A stretch of 64,000 nt of DNA. Source: an uncultured delta proteobacterium (GTDB lineage Bacteria; Desulfobacterota; Binatia; UBA9968). The position numbers were made by a program, and so were the translations under genes. The first letter of the stretch is position 1, and every line of letters starts with the position of its first letter. The DNA is taken from positions 96,001 through 160,000 of the forward strand of contig CAVUZH010000024.1 in NCBI GenBank assembly GCA_963745835.1, written 5' to 3'. Under the pieces are notes generated by a model. The model saw only the letters and a list, made by a program, of their open reading frames with translations. It was not told where the DNA came from and made no database searches. This document shows positions 41,243 to 51,150 of the stretch, one piece after another.

Positions 41243-41281
41243 AATTTCCTTTCGCAGAGAAATACCCCGCGCCGATCCTTT

Positions 41282-42085
41282 TTAAATGAGTGCTCTCAAT
41301 TTCTGAATATAGTTTGCGACTTCCGGCCGGGTCGTGTCGCGCGGGCGCGCTAGGGTTATCGGTACGATCTCTCGGATCGTGCCGGGCCGCGGCGACATCA
41401 CCGCTACTTCATCGGCGAGAATTACCGATTCCTCGACGTCGTGCGTTACGAATACCACCGTCATCCGTTTGATCTCATGTATGCGCAGCAGTTCCTCATG
41501 CATCAGCCCGCGGGTTTGGGCGTCGAGCCGAGAAAACGGTTCGTCCATCAAAAGAATGCGTGGCTCGGTGACCAGGCTACGCGCCAGAGCGACACGACTG
41601 CGCATGCCGCCGGAGAGCTGATAGGGAAACGATGCTTCAAAACCATTCAAATCGACCAGCTCCAAGGCTTCGCTGGCGCGCTCAATCCTTTCACTTTTCG
41701 GCATCGCTCCCGCTTCCAAAGCGAATTCAACATTGCGCAGCGCGTTGCGCCATGGCAACAATCGATCGTCTTGAAACATATAACTGATCGTGCGCCAGTC
41801 GTTGAATTCCGCGCTGGGCGCGCCGCAGATGCATACCTGGCCATGGTCCGGTTTAACAATGCCGGAGATGATGTTGAGCAACGTGCTCTTGCCTGAGCCC
41901 GATGCGCCGAGCAATCCGACGATGGCGTGGTCGGCCACCGTAAGATTGACATCCTTCAGCACTTCAAGCCGGCTATCACCGGCAGCAAAACTCTTGCTGA
42001 TGCCGCTTAGGCGGATGGCGGCTGCCGGCTGCCCCGGTTCGATGCACGCTTGCTGCGCTAAGCTCGGACTATCCATTGGTTTCAA
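41282..42085 (-). CDS. ABC transporter ATP-binding protein (SsuB/TauB family)
   Basis: GASGSGKST, LLPWR, LSGGMRSRV, LLMDEPF, VTHD. Confidence 0.93.
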   Translation of the reverse strand: MKPMDSPSLAQQACIEPGQPAAAIRLSGISKSFAAGDSRLEVLKDVNLTVADHAIVGLLGASGSGKSTLLNIISGIVKPDHGQVCICGAPSAEFNDWRTISYMFQDDRLLPWRNALRNVEFALEAGAMPKSERIERASEALELVDLNGFEASFPYQLSGGMRSRVALARSLVTEPRILLMDEPFSRLDAQTRGLMHEELLRIHEIKRMTVVFVTHDVEESVILADEVAVMSPRPGTIREIVPITLARPRDTTRPEVANYIQKLRALI

Positions 42086-42148
42086 TAAGCGCTGATCGTC
42101 ATGCTTTCGAGAGTAGAACGCGTCTCCTAAAAAGACAATTTCCGTTTT

Positions 42149-43003
42149 TCATTGCCCTTCCGCTTCTTTCTTCCAGCGAAACAGGTGATTCTCCAGCGGC
42201 TTTAACAAGCCCGTTTCCAAGGTGGCCATCATAACAACCAGAGTTAGAGTCCAGGCAAATACCTGGTCGGTCTGGATCAAATCCGCCGCCTGGCGCAGAC
42301 GATAGCCGACTCCGCTCGACGCGCCTATGGTCTCGGCGACCAGGGAGACGCGCCAGCCGAAGCCAAACGCTAGGCGCGCGCCGGAGAAGAAGTAAGGAAG
42401 TATCGTCGGCAGATAGATTTTGGTCATCACTTTCCATTTCGGCATGCGCAGCACCTGGGCCAACTCGATGAACTCCGCGTTGACCGTGCGCGTACCCTGC
42501 CAAACGTTGGTAATGATCAATGGCATCGCAGTCATGAACACTACGAAAATAGTCGTGGCGTTGGAGATGCCGAACCAGATGATGGCGAAGATGGCCCAGA
42601 TCGCAGACGACACCGTGTTCATCACCGGGATTACCGGCTCAAAGAATTCGCCCGCCCGTTTGTTCGCTCCCAGGAAGATCCCAAGGGGCAAACTTACAAG
42701 CGCCGCAATGACAAACCCCACGGTGACCCGCCAGAGCGTAATACCGAGATTGCTCCACAGATCGCCGTTGGCGGCGATAAGTGTGAGCGCCTGCCAGACT
42801 CGCGCCGGTCCGGGCAAAATGTAATGCGGCACCGACAAAGAGAACAGCCACCAGATGCCGATCAACAACGCAACGAGAACGAGACGCTGAAGAAGAAGGT
42901 CAAAGCGCAGCCTCCGGAAGTTGGAACGCGTCCATGCGTTATCTGCAACTGCTTCGGTCATTTCATGTTTCATCCGCGTTCTCTTAGAAGAGGCAAGCCC
43001 CAC
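42149..43003 (-). CDS. ABC transporter permease (SsuC/TauC family)
   Basis: LPGPARVW, TLWRV, LPTILPYFFSGARL, AETIGASSGVGY. Confidence 0.9.
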   Translation of the reverse strand: MGLASSKRTRMKHEMTEAVADNAWTRSNFRRLRFDLLLQRLVLVALLIGIWWLFSLSVPHYILPGPARVWQALTLIAANGDLWSNLGITLWRVTVGFVIAALVSLPLGIFLGANKRAGEFFEPVIPVMNTVSSAIWAIFAIIWFGISNATTIFVVFMTAMPLIITNVWQGTRTVNAEFIELAQVLRMPKWKVMTKIYLPTILPYFFSGARLAFGFGWRVSLVAETIGASSGVGYRLRQAADLIQTDQVFAWTLTLVVMMATLETGLLKPLENHLFRWKKEAEGQ

Positions 43004-43260
43004 CGATTCTGATTATTACCCTATCCCGCTGCGCCGAATCTTGCCACAAGCCATACTCGTCTTGAGCGATTCGCAGGACTTTACCGGCCATATGACTTAC
43101 CTGATAAATTTCCGACACATTACAAATGAACTCGGAGCCAAGTTCTTAATAGGGTCTTGTCAGCGACATTGTGTGGGGCAGAACTGTAGTGTATCGGTGC
43201 TTTTTACCAAGCGGAAGCTGCTCGGAGCAATCGAGAGCAGGCAGGTAACAGTAAATTAAA

Positions 43261-44113
43261 CTAGGCCCGGCGTTTGGCCTCTAACAGCGGTTGCGCTGAT
43301 GCGGCGACTTCGGCTAGGAGCGAGCCCATCTTCGGATGAGCCGGCTCAATGTCAGGATCAATGCCGAAGCGGTCGAGCACTTCCGTGCAGATTGGCCCAA
43401 CGGAGCCCACGACGGCCCGCTCCAAGCCCTCACGTAATGAATTGGTATTGTTGCTTTCCGCCGCCACTCGAAACAGATGATCAACCTGAGCGCCGTTGGT
43501 AAAAAGCACAACTTCGGCATCGACCCTGCGTTATCTTCTCGATGGCTTGCCGAAGAGGTTCGAGATCTTCTGGCAAGTCCCAGCGATAGATTGGAATGCC
43601 GAAACTGTGGCGCCCTGAGCCGTAGGGCGGACGTCAATTCCGGATTCGGAATGCCATATTCCTGAATCGCAATTCGCTTTCCGCGAAGATCGACGCGCGG
43701 CATCGAGCGCGGAGAGAATTTCGCGCCAGGTATTGGGCTCGGGCACGCTGATGGCCGGCACAAGCCGTCAACTCTTTCAGAGCGGCTGCCGGCTTCGGCC
43801 CGCGCACCACCAACTTTACACGCTGCATCGCTGCAATGATTCGCTCTTGCGAAAATTGGGTTAACAAAACCTGGTTGAGGGTCCTGGTGCCGACGCCGGT
43901 CATGAGAATCAGCAGGTCGAGGTTCCCCGCTTCCAAGTCAGGAATAAGTTCTAGAGCGGCGCGGTTTTCCTCAAGCGGAATTTCACGCATCGAAGGCGCG
44001 ACAAAAGGATCACCGCCGTAGCGGCGAATCAACTCGGCGATCTCGACAGCACGCCGGCTTTCGAACGAGACAACTTTCAGCCCCTGCAAGTCAGCTCTTA
44101 AATTTAAGTCCAT
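43261..44113 (-). CDS. hemD: Uroporphyrinogen-III synthase with several frameshifts
   Basis: FESRRA, LMTGVG, RGPKPAAAL, PEPNTWRE, GKRIAIQEYG and SVGPIC..HPKMG are spread across different frames. Confidence 0.8.
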
Positions 44114-44218
44114 AAAACAATCTCAGCTAAGTTCATCCCAACGAGGCGACGTCAAGAAAACAATAAGACATCAGACAAGCATGCCGGCGGCGAAGCTGTC
44201 GTTGCTCGCAGTGAGTTC

Positions 44219-45030
44219 CTAGTCCAGTGACGGGTAGATAGTCGCCTCTTCACCATAGGACCGAGCATCTCGCTGCGATTCGAAAGCTGACTCGAACCAA
44301 TTCAGCCGCTGTTGCAACCCGACGACTCTGCCAACGACGATAACGGCAGGCGAATCGAGGTGCGCCGCTTTATCGACAATATCGTTAACCGTGCCCGTGA
44401 CTGTCTCTTGCACCTGTGTCGTGCCGCGGCTAATGACAGCAACGGGTGTTCCGGGAGCCAGCCCATGACTAAGCAGTGCACTGGTAATCTGCTGAAGGTT
44501 CCTAAGCCCCATGAGAATCACCAGTGTATCCACCGCTGCCACAAGCTTGTCCCATTGAACTGAAGATTCGAGCTTGCGTGATTCGTGGCCCGTAACTACC
44601 GCGAACGAAGAAGAATACTTTCTGTGTGTGAGTGGAATACCGGCGTAGGCTGGCACCGCCACCGCCGAGCTGACGCCTGGAACGATCTCGAAAGGAATAC
44701 CGGCGGCTGCCAGCGCTTCGGCCTCTTCGCCGCCGCGGCCGAACACGAATGGATCGCCGCCTTTGAGTCGCACGACTTCGTACCCGACGCGCAGCATGAT
44801 CGATCAGCACCTGGTTAATTTCTGATTGCGCGATACAATGACGGCCGGCTCTGTTTACCGGCGAAAATTCATGGCTAACCGCTGGAGACGTCTCTCTCCA
44901 ACAGAACCGGATTGACCAATTGATCGAAGACGATGACTTGCGCTTGGCGCAGCAATTCGAGCCCGCGCACTGTCAGCAATCCCGGATCGCCCGGGCCGGC
45001 GCCGACCAGATAAACCCTTCCTAATCGCAT
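44219..45030 (-). CDS. cobA: Uroporphyrinogen-III C-methyltransferase (SUMT), frameshifted near 44810-44890
   Basis: [20 protein letters not shown]; [16 protein letters not shown]; VPGVSS; GIPLTHR. Confidence 0.9.
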
Positions 45031-45657
45031 GACCTCTCCTCCAGTTGCGCGACAAGAAGTTGCTTTGCCTCCGCCACTTTTCCTTGTCGAAGCAATAGAC
45101 GAAAGTCGCCTTTCAATGCCTCGTTCCACGACTCCGCTCTTGCATGGATTGAACGTTGCCGCAGATCGGCGCGCACTTCGGAGGCGGTTTGAACAAGCTG
45201 CAGCAAAGTCTCCGGTAGAGATGGCTTTCGAGCTCTTCTCGAATGGCACGAGTCGCTGCCGGGCTCGCGCCCCCGAGGAAATGGCAACCGCGAGTTGACC
45301 GCGCCGGATCACCGCCGGCGAAATAAAATCGCAGTGACTTGGATCGTCCGCGCAATTCACCCAAATGCCGCGGGTACGCGCCTCATCGAATACCGCTGCA
45401 TTGACGGTTCCATCATCTGTCGCGACAAACGCGATGGCGAATCCTGCAAGATCTCCCTTTTCATATTTGCGCGCCAGATGTTCTAACGATGACTGCAGAA
45501 TCAATCGCCGGAGTCCCTCGGAGATTTCCGGACTGACAACGGTGACGTGCGCTCCTGCAGCTAATAGCCCATCTACTTTACGTTCAGCGACCACGCCCCC
45601 GCCGATGACGATACATCGCCGGCCGGTGAGGTCGAGGAAAACTGGATAGTACCTCAT
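45021..45657 (-). CDS. Precorrin-2 dehydrogenase / sirohydrochlorin ferrochelatase (CysG-N, SirC/Met8-like), frameshifted
   Basis: [38 protein letters not shown] (frame change). Confidence 0.87.
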
Positions 45658-45998
45658 TGATCGTCATCCGAGTCGAAGATCTTCCAAAGATCGCCGTCGC
45701 CCGCCTGTAACTGTTGCAATGCGTCGGCGACGAACACCCTCGACCCAAGAAGTCCAATGTCGACGGCCCAGCCGCCGTGGCGCAGCTCGTCTCGATAGAG
45801 ACTTTCGGCCAATTGTTCGGCGAGTTCGCATAAAGGAATTTGCTGGTTACGACTGAGCACCGCTGCGGCGTTGCCTTCAAGCGGGGTTCGCGCAGATCGA
45901 TTTAACCTGCTGAGACGCACGTTGCGGTCTGTCATCGATGATTCACTTTGGCGTTTACCTAGAAGGATTGTTGAAATTAGTTCCATGATGCCTGCCAT
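45654..45998 (-). CDS. Hypothetical protein in the siroheme operon
   Basis: GGAGG RBS before ATG 45998; stop overlaps the next start (ATGA); [21 protein letters not shown]. Confidence 0.65.
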   Translation of the reverse strand: MAGIMELISTILLGKRQSESSMTDRNVRLSRLNRSARTPLEGNAAAVLSRNQQIPLCELAEQLAESLYRDELRHGGWAVDIGLLGSRVFVADALQQLQAGDGDLWKIFDSDDDQ

Positions 45999-46168
45999 CG
46001 TGCGCCTCCATTTACTTGAGTTGGGCTTAAGAAAAGTAGGAGCTACCATGATTTCCCCTGCTCTTCGGTAACTGTCGGCCGGTAACCCGGCTGCAGCGGC
46101 AGTTTCAAGTGCCGTACAAACCCACTCAGATTCACCTCGAAATCGAGAAGGGGTGAATGCGTCGAGCA

Positions 46169-46759
46169 TCAACTGCTTTGCGTTTCAGCACCTGAAGCCT
46201 CGGCCAACTTATCCATGTCGAAATGTTTGGATGCACGCACCGTGACTGAGAAACGCTGTCTTGGATCTTGATTATGTTCGAGCGTAAAGTTTGCGTCGCC
46301 GACCAGGGGGCGAACGGCGCTTTCCAAATCCGGCTTTAACGCCGTAAGCGTCTCCTGGCTGTTCGGCGCACGGAAGACGATCGTTAATCGAAATGCAAAT
46401 TTCCTCGTCCGAAAACTTCAGTCTGCCGCGCAACGTCGGTTCCTGCTCGAGATGCCGGCAGTACTTCAGCGCCGCGCGGAGCACCGCGCGAATTTTCTCT
46501 TCATTGGAGCCACTAAGATGTGCTTTTTGGCTATACAGAAGCCCACACCGATTGTTAGTCTCATCGATGCTCAGATTGGCGTGACTGGCTACCAGAACAA
46601 TCCCCGGTCCGGCCCGCATGTGGCTGTAGTCGGCAACATCGTGGTACACCCCGTCGGCGGCCTGAATCCAGCCATGGAAACACGTCGATAAAGTCAGTCA
46701 GCGGAATGTCATCCGGCAAGCTCGACAAAAATTTTAACGGTAATCTTTTGCAGGTCCAT
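46169..46759 (-). CDS. Conserved hypothetical protein downstream of sulfite reductase, frameshifted
   Basis: MDLQKITVK..DFIDVFHGWIQ..DVADYSHMRAGPGIVL..LEQEP..INDRL..DPRQRFSV reconstructed across frames. Confidence 0.65.
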
Positions 46760-46815
46760 GTTGCTTATACCGTGAAGCTAAACGCTCGGTTGAGCTAGGT
46801 TGTCCAGTTTAACCG

Positions 46816-49074
46816 TTAGCTCACAACTCCGCCACGAAGCTTGTTATGACAACCGTGGGCAGCGTCTATAAATAACTGCGCTTCCTGCAGTAGTTGAACC
46901 GCGCGATCGGCATCTGCGGCTTTAGCATGGCTCACGAATTCCCTTGCCTTAAAGAAATATTCGGCAAACTTTCCGCCGGCATACTTATCCCAGAAAAGCT
47001 GGGTGTCATAAAAGCGCGTGGTGAATTCTCGGATGATTTGATTCTCATCTTCAGAGACGCTGGGGTTCTGGTCTTTGACCAAGCCCTGCGCGGCGCGCAA
47101 CATCGAGGCGTAGGCGCCCTTCACCGCGTCCTGCGACTGACCGGCGTCAAGCAGCAGTTGCGCTTCGAACAACTCGCGTTCGCTTGCCGCCAGGGTAAAT
47201 TCGGCTTGACTGACCACTGCGCCGGCGCATTCGCCGACGCCCATGTCGACCAGAGTGAATTCGCGCGGATCGCCCCAATCGCTGTAGTAGGACCGATCCA
47301 CTTCATGCGCCGGAATCTTGGTGAGATTTTCGAGCAGCTCCTTGACCGCCTTCTTACCGACACGCCCGATGAATTCCTGGAATCGTTCATTCCTCTCGCG
47401 CCGGCGCAGGTAGAAGTCGGTGATCGACAGCACCGCCTCCGGGATTCGCTTGGATGGCACCGCGCCGATGGGCATCCCATATTCGCCGGCATTGTCGTGA
47501 AACTTGCCGCCGAGGATCACTTGAAAATGCGGCACCTGAAAACCTTTGACGTTGCGATTGATGCCGTAGAATCCGATATCGGCGATATGATGCTGGCCGC
47601 AGGAGTTGAAACAGCCGCTCACTTTAATGCGCAGGTTCTTGACCGCCTCGTCGAGTTCCAGGCTTTTTTCGCCCAACCGATAGCGCAGTTCGCGCGCCAA
47701 ACCGCGCGATGACGCGATGCCCAGTTTGCAGGTGTCCGTGCCAGGGCAAGAAGTCACGTCAACGATGGTGCCCGCGTCCGCCGCGCCCAGGCCAATGGCT
47801 TTGATCGCCTGATAAAACTCCGGCAGATCGGCTTCGCTTACCCAACGAAACAGAATATTTTGCTCCACCGTCGTGCGCAGAGTGTCCCTGACGAAGCGGC
47901 GCGCGATAACGGCGAGCGCGCGCATTTGATCGGCGCTGGCATCGCCCAGTGGAAGCGTGACGGTGGCCGCGACGTAGCCAGGCTGTCGCTGTTTATAAAC
48001 ATTGGTGGCATACCAGGCCTCAAACCCTTCGGCGCGCTTTCGCCCGTTAAGACTCGCGCCCGCACGAAGCGGTTGCTCGTCCTGTTCGTTGACCGTCGCC
48101 AAGAAGTCCGTCCAGCGCGGATCAGCCGGCAGCTTTTGTCTCTCTTCCAGGACCAGCTTGCGAAATTCATCGATACCGAGGCTGGCGATTAAAAACTTAA
48201 TGCGCGCCCGGGCGCGATTGCGCTTCTCGCCCAGACGGGCAAAGACGCGGGAGATTGCCTGCATCGTCGGCAGAAGTTCTTCTTCCGGCAAAAATTCATC
48301 GAACAGTTTCGCCTTGTACGGCACCGAGCCCAAACCGCCGCCGACGTAAAATGCAAAGCCGCGCCGCACTTGGCCATCGACGACTTTGGTTTTGGCGATC
48401 GCGCCCATGTCATGCATGGTGACCAAACCGCAAGGATTTTGTTCGCAGCCCGAGAAGGCGAGTTTCACCTTCCGCCCAAAGTCTTGGGTATCGAGGTGGC
48501 CCAGTAAGAATCTTGCCGAAGCCTTGGCGTAAGGCGTCGTGTCGAATTTTTCCTCGTGGCAGATTCCCGCCAGCGGACAGGCTGTGACATTGCGCACGAC
48601 ATTGCCGCACGCTTCGCGCGTGGTGATCCCGACCGCGGCGAGACGGCGCATGAGCGCAGGCGTGTCATCGATGTGGACATAATGAAATTGAAAGTCTTGG
48701 CGCGTGGTGACGTGAGAAACACCGTCGGCGTATTCTTCCGAGAGATCCGCTAGCGTCTCCAATTGTTCGGGCGTTACTCCGCCGAAAGGAATTTTGATGC
48801 GCATCATTCCGGGCGCGTCCCACAACGTATCGGGTCCTTTGAGTACGTCTGCGCGGTATTCGAGCTTTTGGATACGCTTGCCGTCGTGACGCTGGCCGTT
48901 GTCGTAGCGCTGGCCGTAGATGCCGCGCCGCAGGCGGGTTTCGGCGAAAACCTTTTCATCGATCTTGCCCTGTTTGCGGAGCTCCATCTGCTGCTCGAAG
49001 ATATCGATCTCACGGCCCAGATCAGCGGGAATTTTATGCCCTAGCTTTTCTTTCCAGTTCAGTTCGCTTTTCAT
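46816..49074 (-). CDS. Ferredoxin-dependent sulfite/nitrite reductase (siroheme) with C-terminal extension
   Basis: RGIYGQR, TTRQDFQ, ACGNVVRN, SCPGTDTCKLG and SGCFNSCGQH ([4Fe-4S]/siroheme Cys); GGGGAGG RBS. Confidence 0.93.
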   Translation of the reverse strand: MKSELNWKEKLGHKIPADLGREIDIFEQQMELRKQGKIDEKVFAETRLRRGIYGQRYDNGQRHDGKRIQKLEYRADVLKGPDTLWDAPGMMRIKIPFGGVTPEQLETLADLSEEYADGVSHVTTRQDFQFHYVHIDDTPALMRRLAAVGITTREACGNVVRNVTACPLAGICHEEKFDTTPYAKASARFLLGHLDTQDFGRKVKLAFSGCEQNPCGLVTMHDMGAIAKTKVVDGQVRRGFAFYVGGGLGSVPYKAKLFDEFLPEEELLPTMQAISRVFARLGEKRNRARARIKFLIASLGIDEFRKLVLEERQKLPADPRWTDFLATVNEQDEQPLRAGASLNGRKRAEGFEAWYATNVYKQRQPGYVAATVTLPLGDASADQMRALAVIARRFVRDTLRTTVEQNILFRWVSEADLPEFYQAIKAIGLGAADAGTIVDVTSCPGTDTCKLGIASSRGLARELRYRLGEKSLELDEAVKNLRIKVSGCFNSCGQHHIADIGFYGINRNVKGFQVPHFQVILGGKFHDNAGEYGMPIGAVPSKRIPEAVLSITDFYLRRRERNERFQEFIGRVGKKAVKELLENLTKIPAHEVDRSYYSDWGDPREFTLVDMGVGECAGAVVSQAEFTLAASERELFEAQLLLDAGQSQDAVKGAYASMLRAAQGLVKDQNPSVSEDENQIIREFTTRFYDTQLFWDKYAGGKFAEYFFKAREFVSHAKAADADRAVQLLQEAQLFIDAAHGCHNKLRGGVVS

Positions 49075-49100
49075 AGCTTGCCTCCCCGTCACCGCTTAAA

Positions 49101-49124
49101 TGACTAATTCAATCGGTTTAGTCA
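49101..49124. promoter_or_regulatory. Putative Rrf2/CymR operator upstream of the sulfite reductase
   Basis: TGACTAA-N10-TTAGTCA inverted repeat; contains AACCGAT-N6-AGTCA on the minus strand. Confidence 0.55.
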
Positions 49125-49148
49125 AAAATCAACACAAAAAATTTTCAG

Positions 49149-49580
49149 CTAGATGTAATACATGTATGATTCAGCAGTTGGTTTACACAGATCCGCCAGG
49201 GTCGTCTCCTCCAACACTTGCTCCATGGCGCGCACGCCGCGCGCCCAGGTTTCGATCAGCTTCTGGGTGACGGAAGACAGACCGCCGCCAGCTCTGGTTT
49301 TGGGATCTAGCCCCACTCCAGGTCCCTCCAGTGACTGCAAGATCTCTTTGACGCTAATGGTTTCCGGCGCGCGAGCCAAAATGTACCCACCGGTTGGGCC
49401 GCGCGAGCCGTGTACCAGATGAGCCCGCTTCAATATCACCATGATCTGGCCGAGATACTCCGAAGGAATATTCTGATTGCTGGCGATTTCTTTGACTTGC
49501 ACAGCGCGGCGCATCCGATAATTCGCAGCCAACTCGGCCAGCGCCAGCAACCCATAATGACCCTTCGATCCGATTTTCAT
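49149..49580 (-). CDS. Rrf2 family regulator, CymR-like
   Basis: KGHYGLLAL, EIASNQNIP..YLGQI, GSRGPTGGY.LAR; lacks the IscR Cys triad; C-terminus SYMYYI. Confidence 0.85.
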   Translation of the reverse strand: MKIGSKGHYGLLALAELAANYRMRRAVQVKEIASNQNIPSEYLGQIMVILKRAHLVHGSRGPTGGYILARAPETISVKEILQSLEGPGVGLDPKTRAGGGLSSVTQKLIETWARGVRAMEQVLEETTLADLCKPTAESYMYYI

Positions 49581-49609
49581 TTTGAACCGTTTTGATTCAG
49601 CTTTGGTCG

Positions 49610-49638
49610 AAACTAAGTTAACCGATATAAAAAGTCAA
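49610..49638 (-). promoter_or_regulatory. Putative sigma70 promoter of the Rrf2 operon, overlapped by a second operator copy
   Basis: TTGACT-17 nt-TAGTTT on the minus strand; AACCGAT-ATAAAA-AGTCA at 49620-49637. Confidence 0.55.
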
Positions 49639-50088
49639 GAACTCTATAGGAAGCTATTTTTAGTTGCCCGCAACAGAGGATTACGGGTATAAATCGGCCA
49701 ACTCGCGGCGCCGAGGGCACTGGCTGGTAAAGAAGTGCAACCGAAAGTACGACCTTCGAAAGGACGATGCTTTAGTAGCTCTAAAATAAACCGGCATCCC
49801 ACGGACTGCGCGATCCCGCAGCGGCTGAAACAGCTTACCAAGAGGTGCTCATCCTGGTACGTATGAAGGAATAGCGCAAAACCATGCGTCATAAGTCTTA
49901 CGGCGGCTGCTGAAAGGCCAAAACTAAAGAGTCGGCGAGTTCAAAGATGGAGAATCTCGTCGTTCCAAGTATTGTGCAAAGGTGGACGGCAGCGGCTTCT
50001 TCGAAAAACTCTATGCCGATCACCGAGTGAGATAAGGAAGGACGTAGCGAATTTCGCTTTTTATCTTTTCAACTGGAGGAGGCCGCTT

Positions 50089-51150
50089 ATGAGGCATATC
50101 AAATTAATTGCATGGTTATCCAACTTGGTTCTGTTGGCTCTGTTCCTGTTTCGCACGCCGCTTCACGCGCAAGAATCGTTCTACAGAGGGAAAACTCTTC
50201 GATTTATCGTCGCATACGAGCCCGGGGGCGGCTTCGACGTCTATACCCGCACAATTGCGCGCCACTTTGGCAAACATGTGCCAGGAAATCCCACCACTAT
50301 CGTGGAGAATATGACTGGCGCGGTCGGCATGATCGCAGCCAATTATATTTACAATCAAGCTAAGCCCGACGGTCTAACCATCGGTCATTTCGTCGGCACG
50401 TTGATCTTGCAGCATGTGCTGGGCAATGAAGCGGCAAAATTCGACGGACGCAAATTCGGTTGGCTAGGCGTACCTATCGCCGATCACGGCGTCTGCGCTC
50501 TAACCAAAGCCAGCGGCATATCGACTCTGGATGGCTGGCTAACGGCCAAGGAACCGGTGAAGATGGGCGGGCATGGACCAGGTGGAGTGACCTCCGATAC
50601 AGCCCGCATTTTGCGCGATGCTCTTAGCGTACCGCTTAGAGTCGTCGACGGTTACAAATGCACCGGCCCGATCCGGCTTGCAGCCGAATCCGGCGAGGTC
50701 TCCGGCGGGTGCTGGGCTTGGGAGTCTATGAAACCGACTTGGTCTCAGGGCTTTGAGAGCGGCCAGGTAAAGGTTGTCGTGCAAACAGCCCTTAAAGCGC
50801 ATCCCGAACTGAAGGACGTTCCTGTCGCCATCGATTATGCGAAGACTAAGGAAGCGCGGCAGCTGTTGGAAATTCTCGATCATGCTTACGGCACAAGCTT
50901 CCGCAGCTACTCTGTGCCACCGGGGACACCGAAAGACCGGTTGACGGTTCTACAAAAAGCTTTTCTCGACACCTTGAAGGACCCGGAGTTTCTTGCAGAT
51001 GCAAAAAAAGCGAAATTAGACATCGCTCCCATCGACGGTGCTGCAACCGCCAAGACGCTCGCCGGTTTCTATGATCTCGATCCTCCGATAGTCGCCAAAC
51101 TCAAAAAAGTTTTACTCTCGGATGTGAGTGGCAGGGAGACACCGCAATGA
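50089..51150 (+). CDS. TctC/Bug family tripartite tricarboxylate transporter binding protein
   Basis: FYRGKT..PGGGFDVYTR, ENMTGA, AKPDGLTI, PPGTPKDR..DPEFLADAKK; GGAGG RBS. Confidence 0.88.
   Translation: MRHIKLIAWLSNLVLLALFLFRTPLHAQESFYRGKTLRFIVAYEPGGGFDVYTRTIARHFGKHVPGNPTTIVENMTGAVGMIAANYIYNQAKPDGLTIGHFVGTLILQHVLGNEAAKFDGRKFGWLGVPIADHGVCALTKASGISTLDGWLTAKEPVKMGGHGPGGVTSDTARILRDALSVPLRVVDGYKCTGPIRLAAESGEVSGGCWAWESMKPTWSQGFESGQVKVVVQTALKAHPELKDVPVAIDYAKTKEARQLLEILDHAYGTSFRSYSVPPGTPKDRLTVLQKAFLDTLKDPEFLADAKKAKLDIAPIDGAATAKTLAGFYDLDPPIVAKLKKVLLSDVSGRETPQ

Noticed and set aside
43261-45657. Programmed frameshifting or a cysG fusion in the siroheme genes
   Set aside because: There are too many shifts and no slippery-site pattern; cobA has its own GGAGAGG RBS and ATG.
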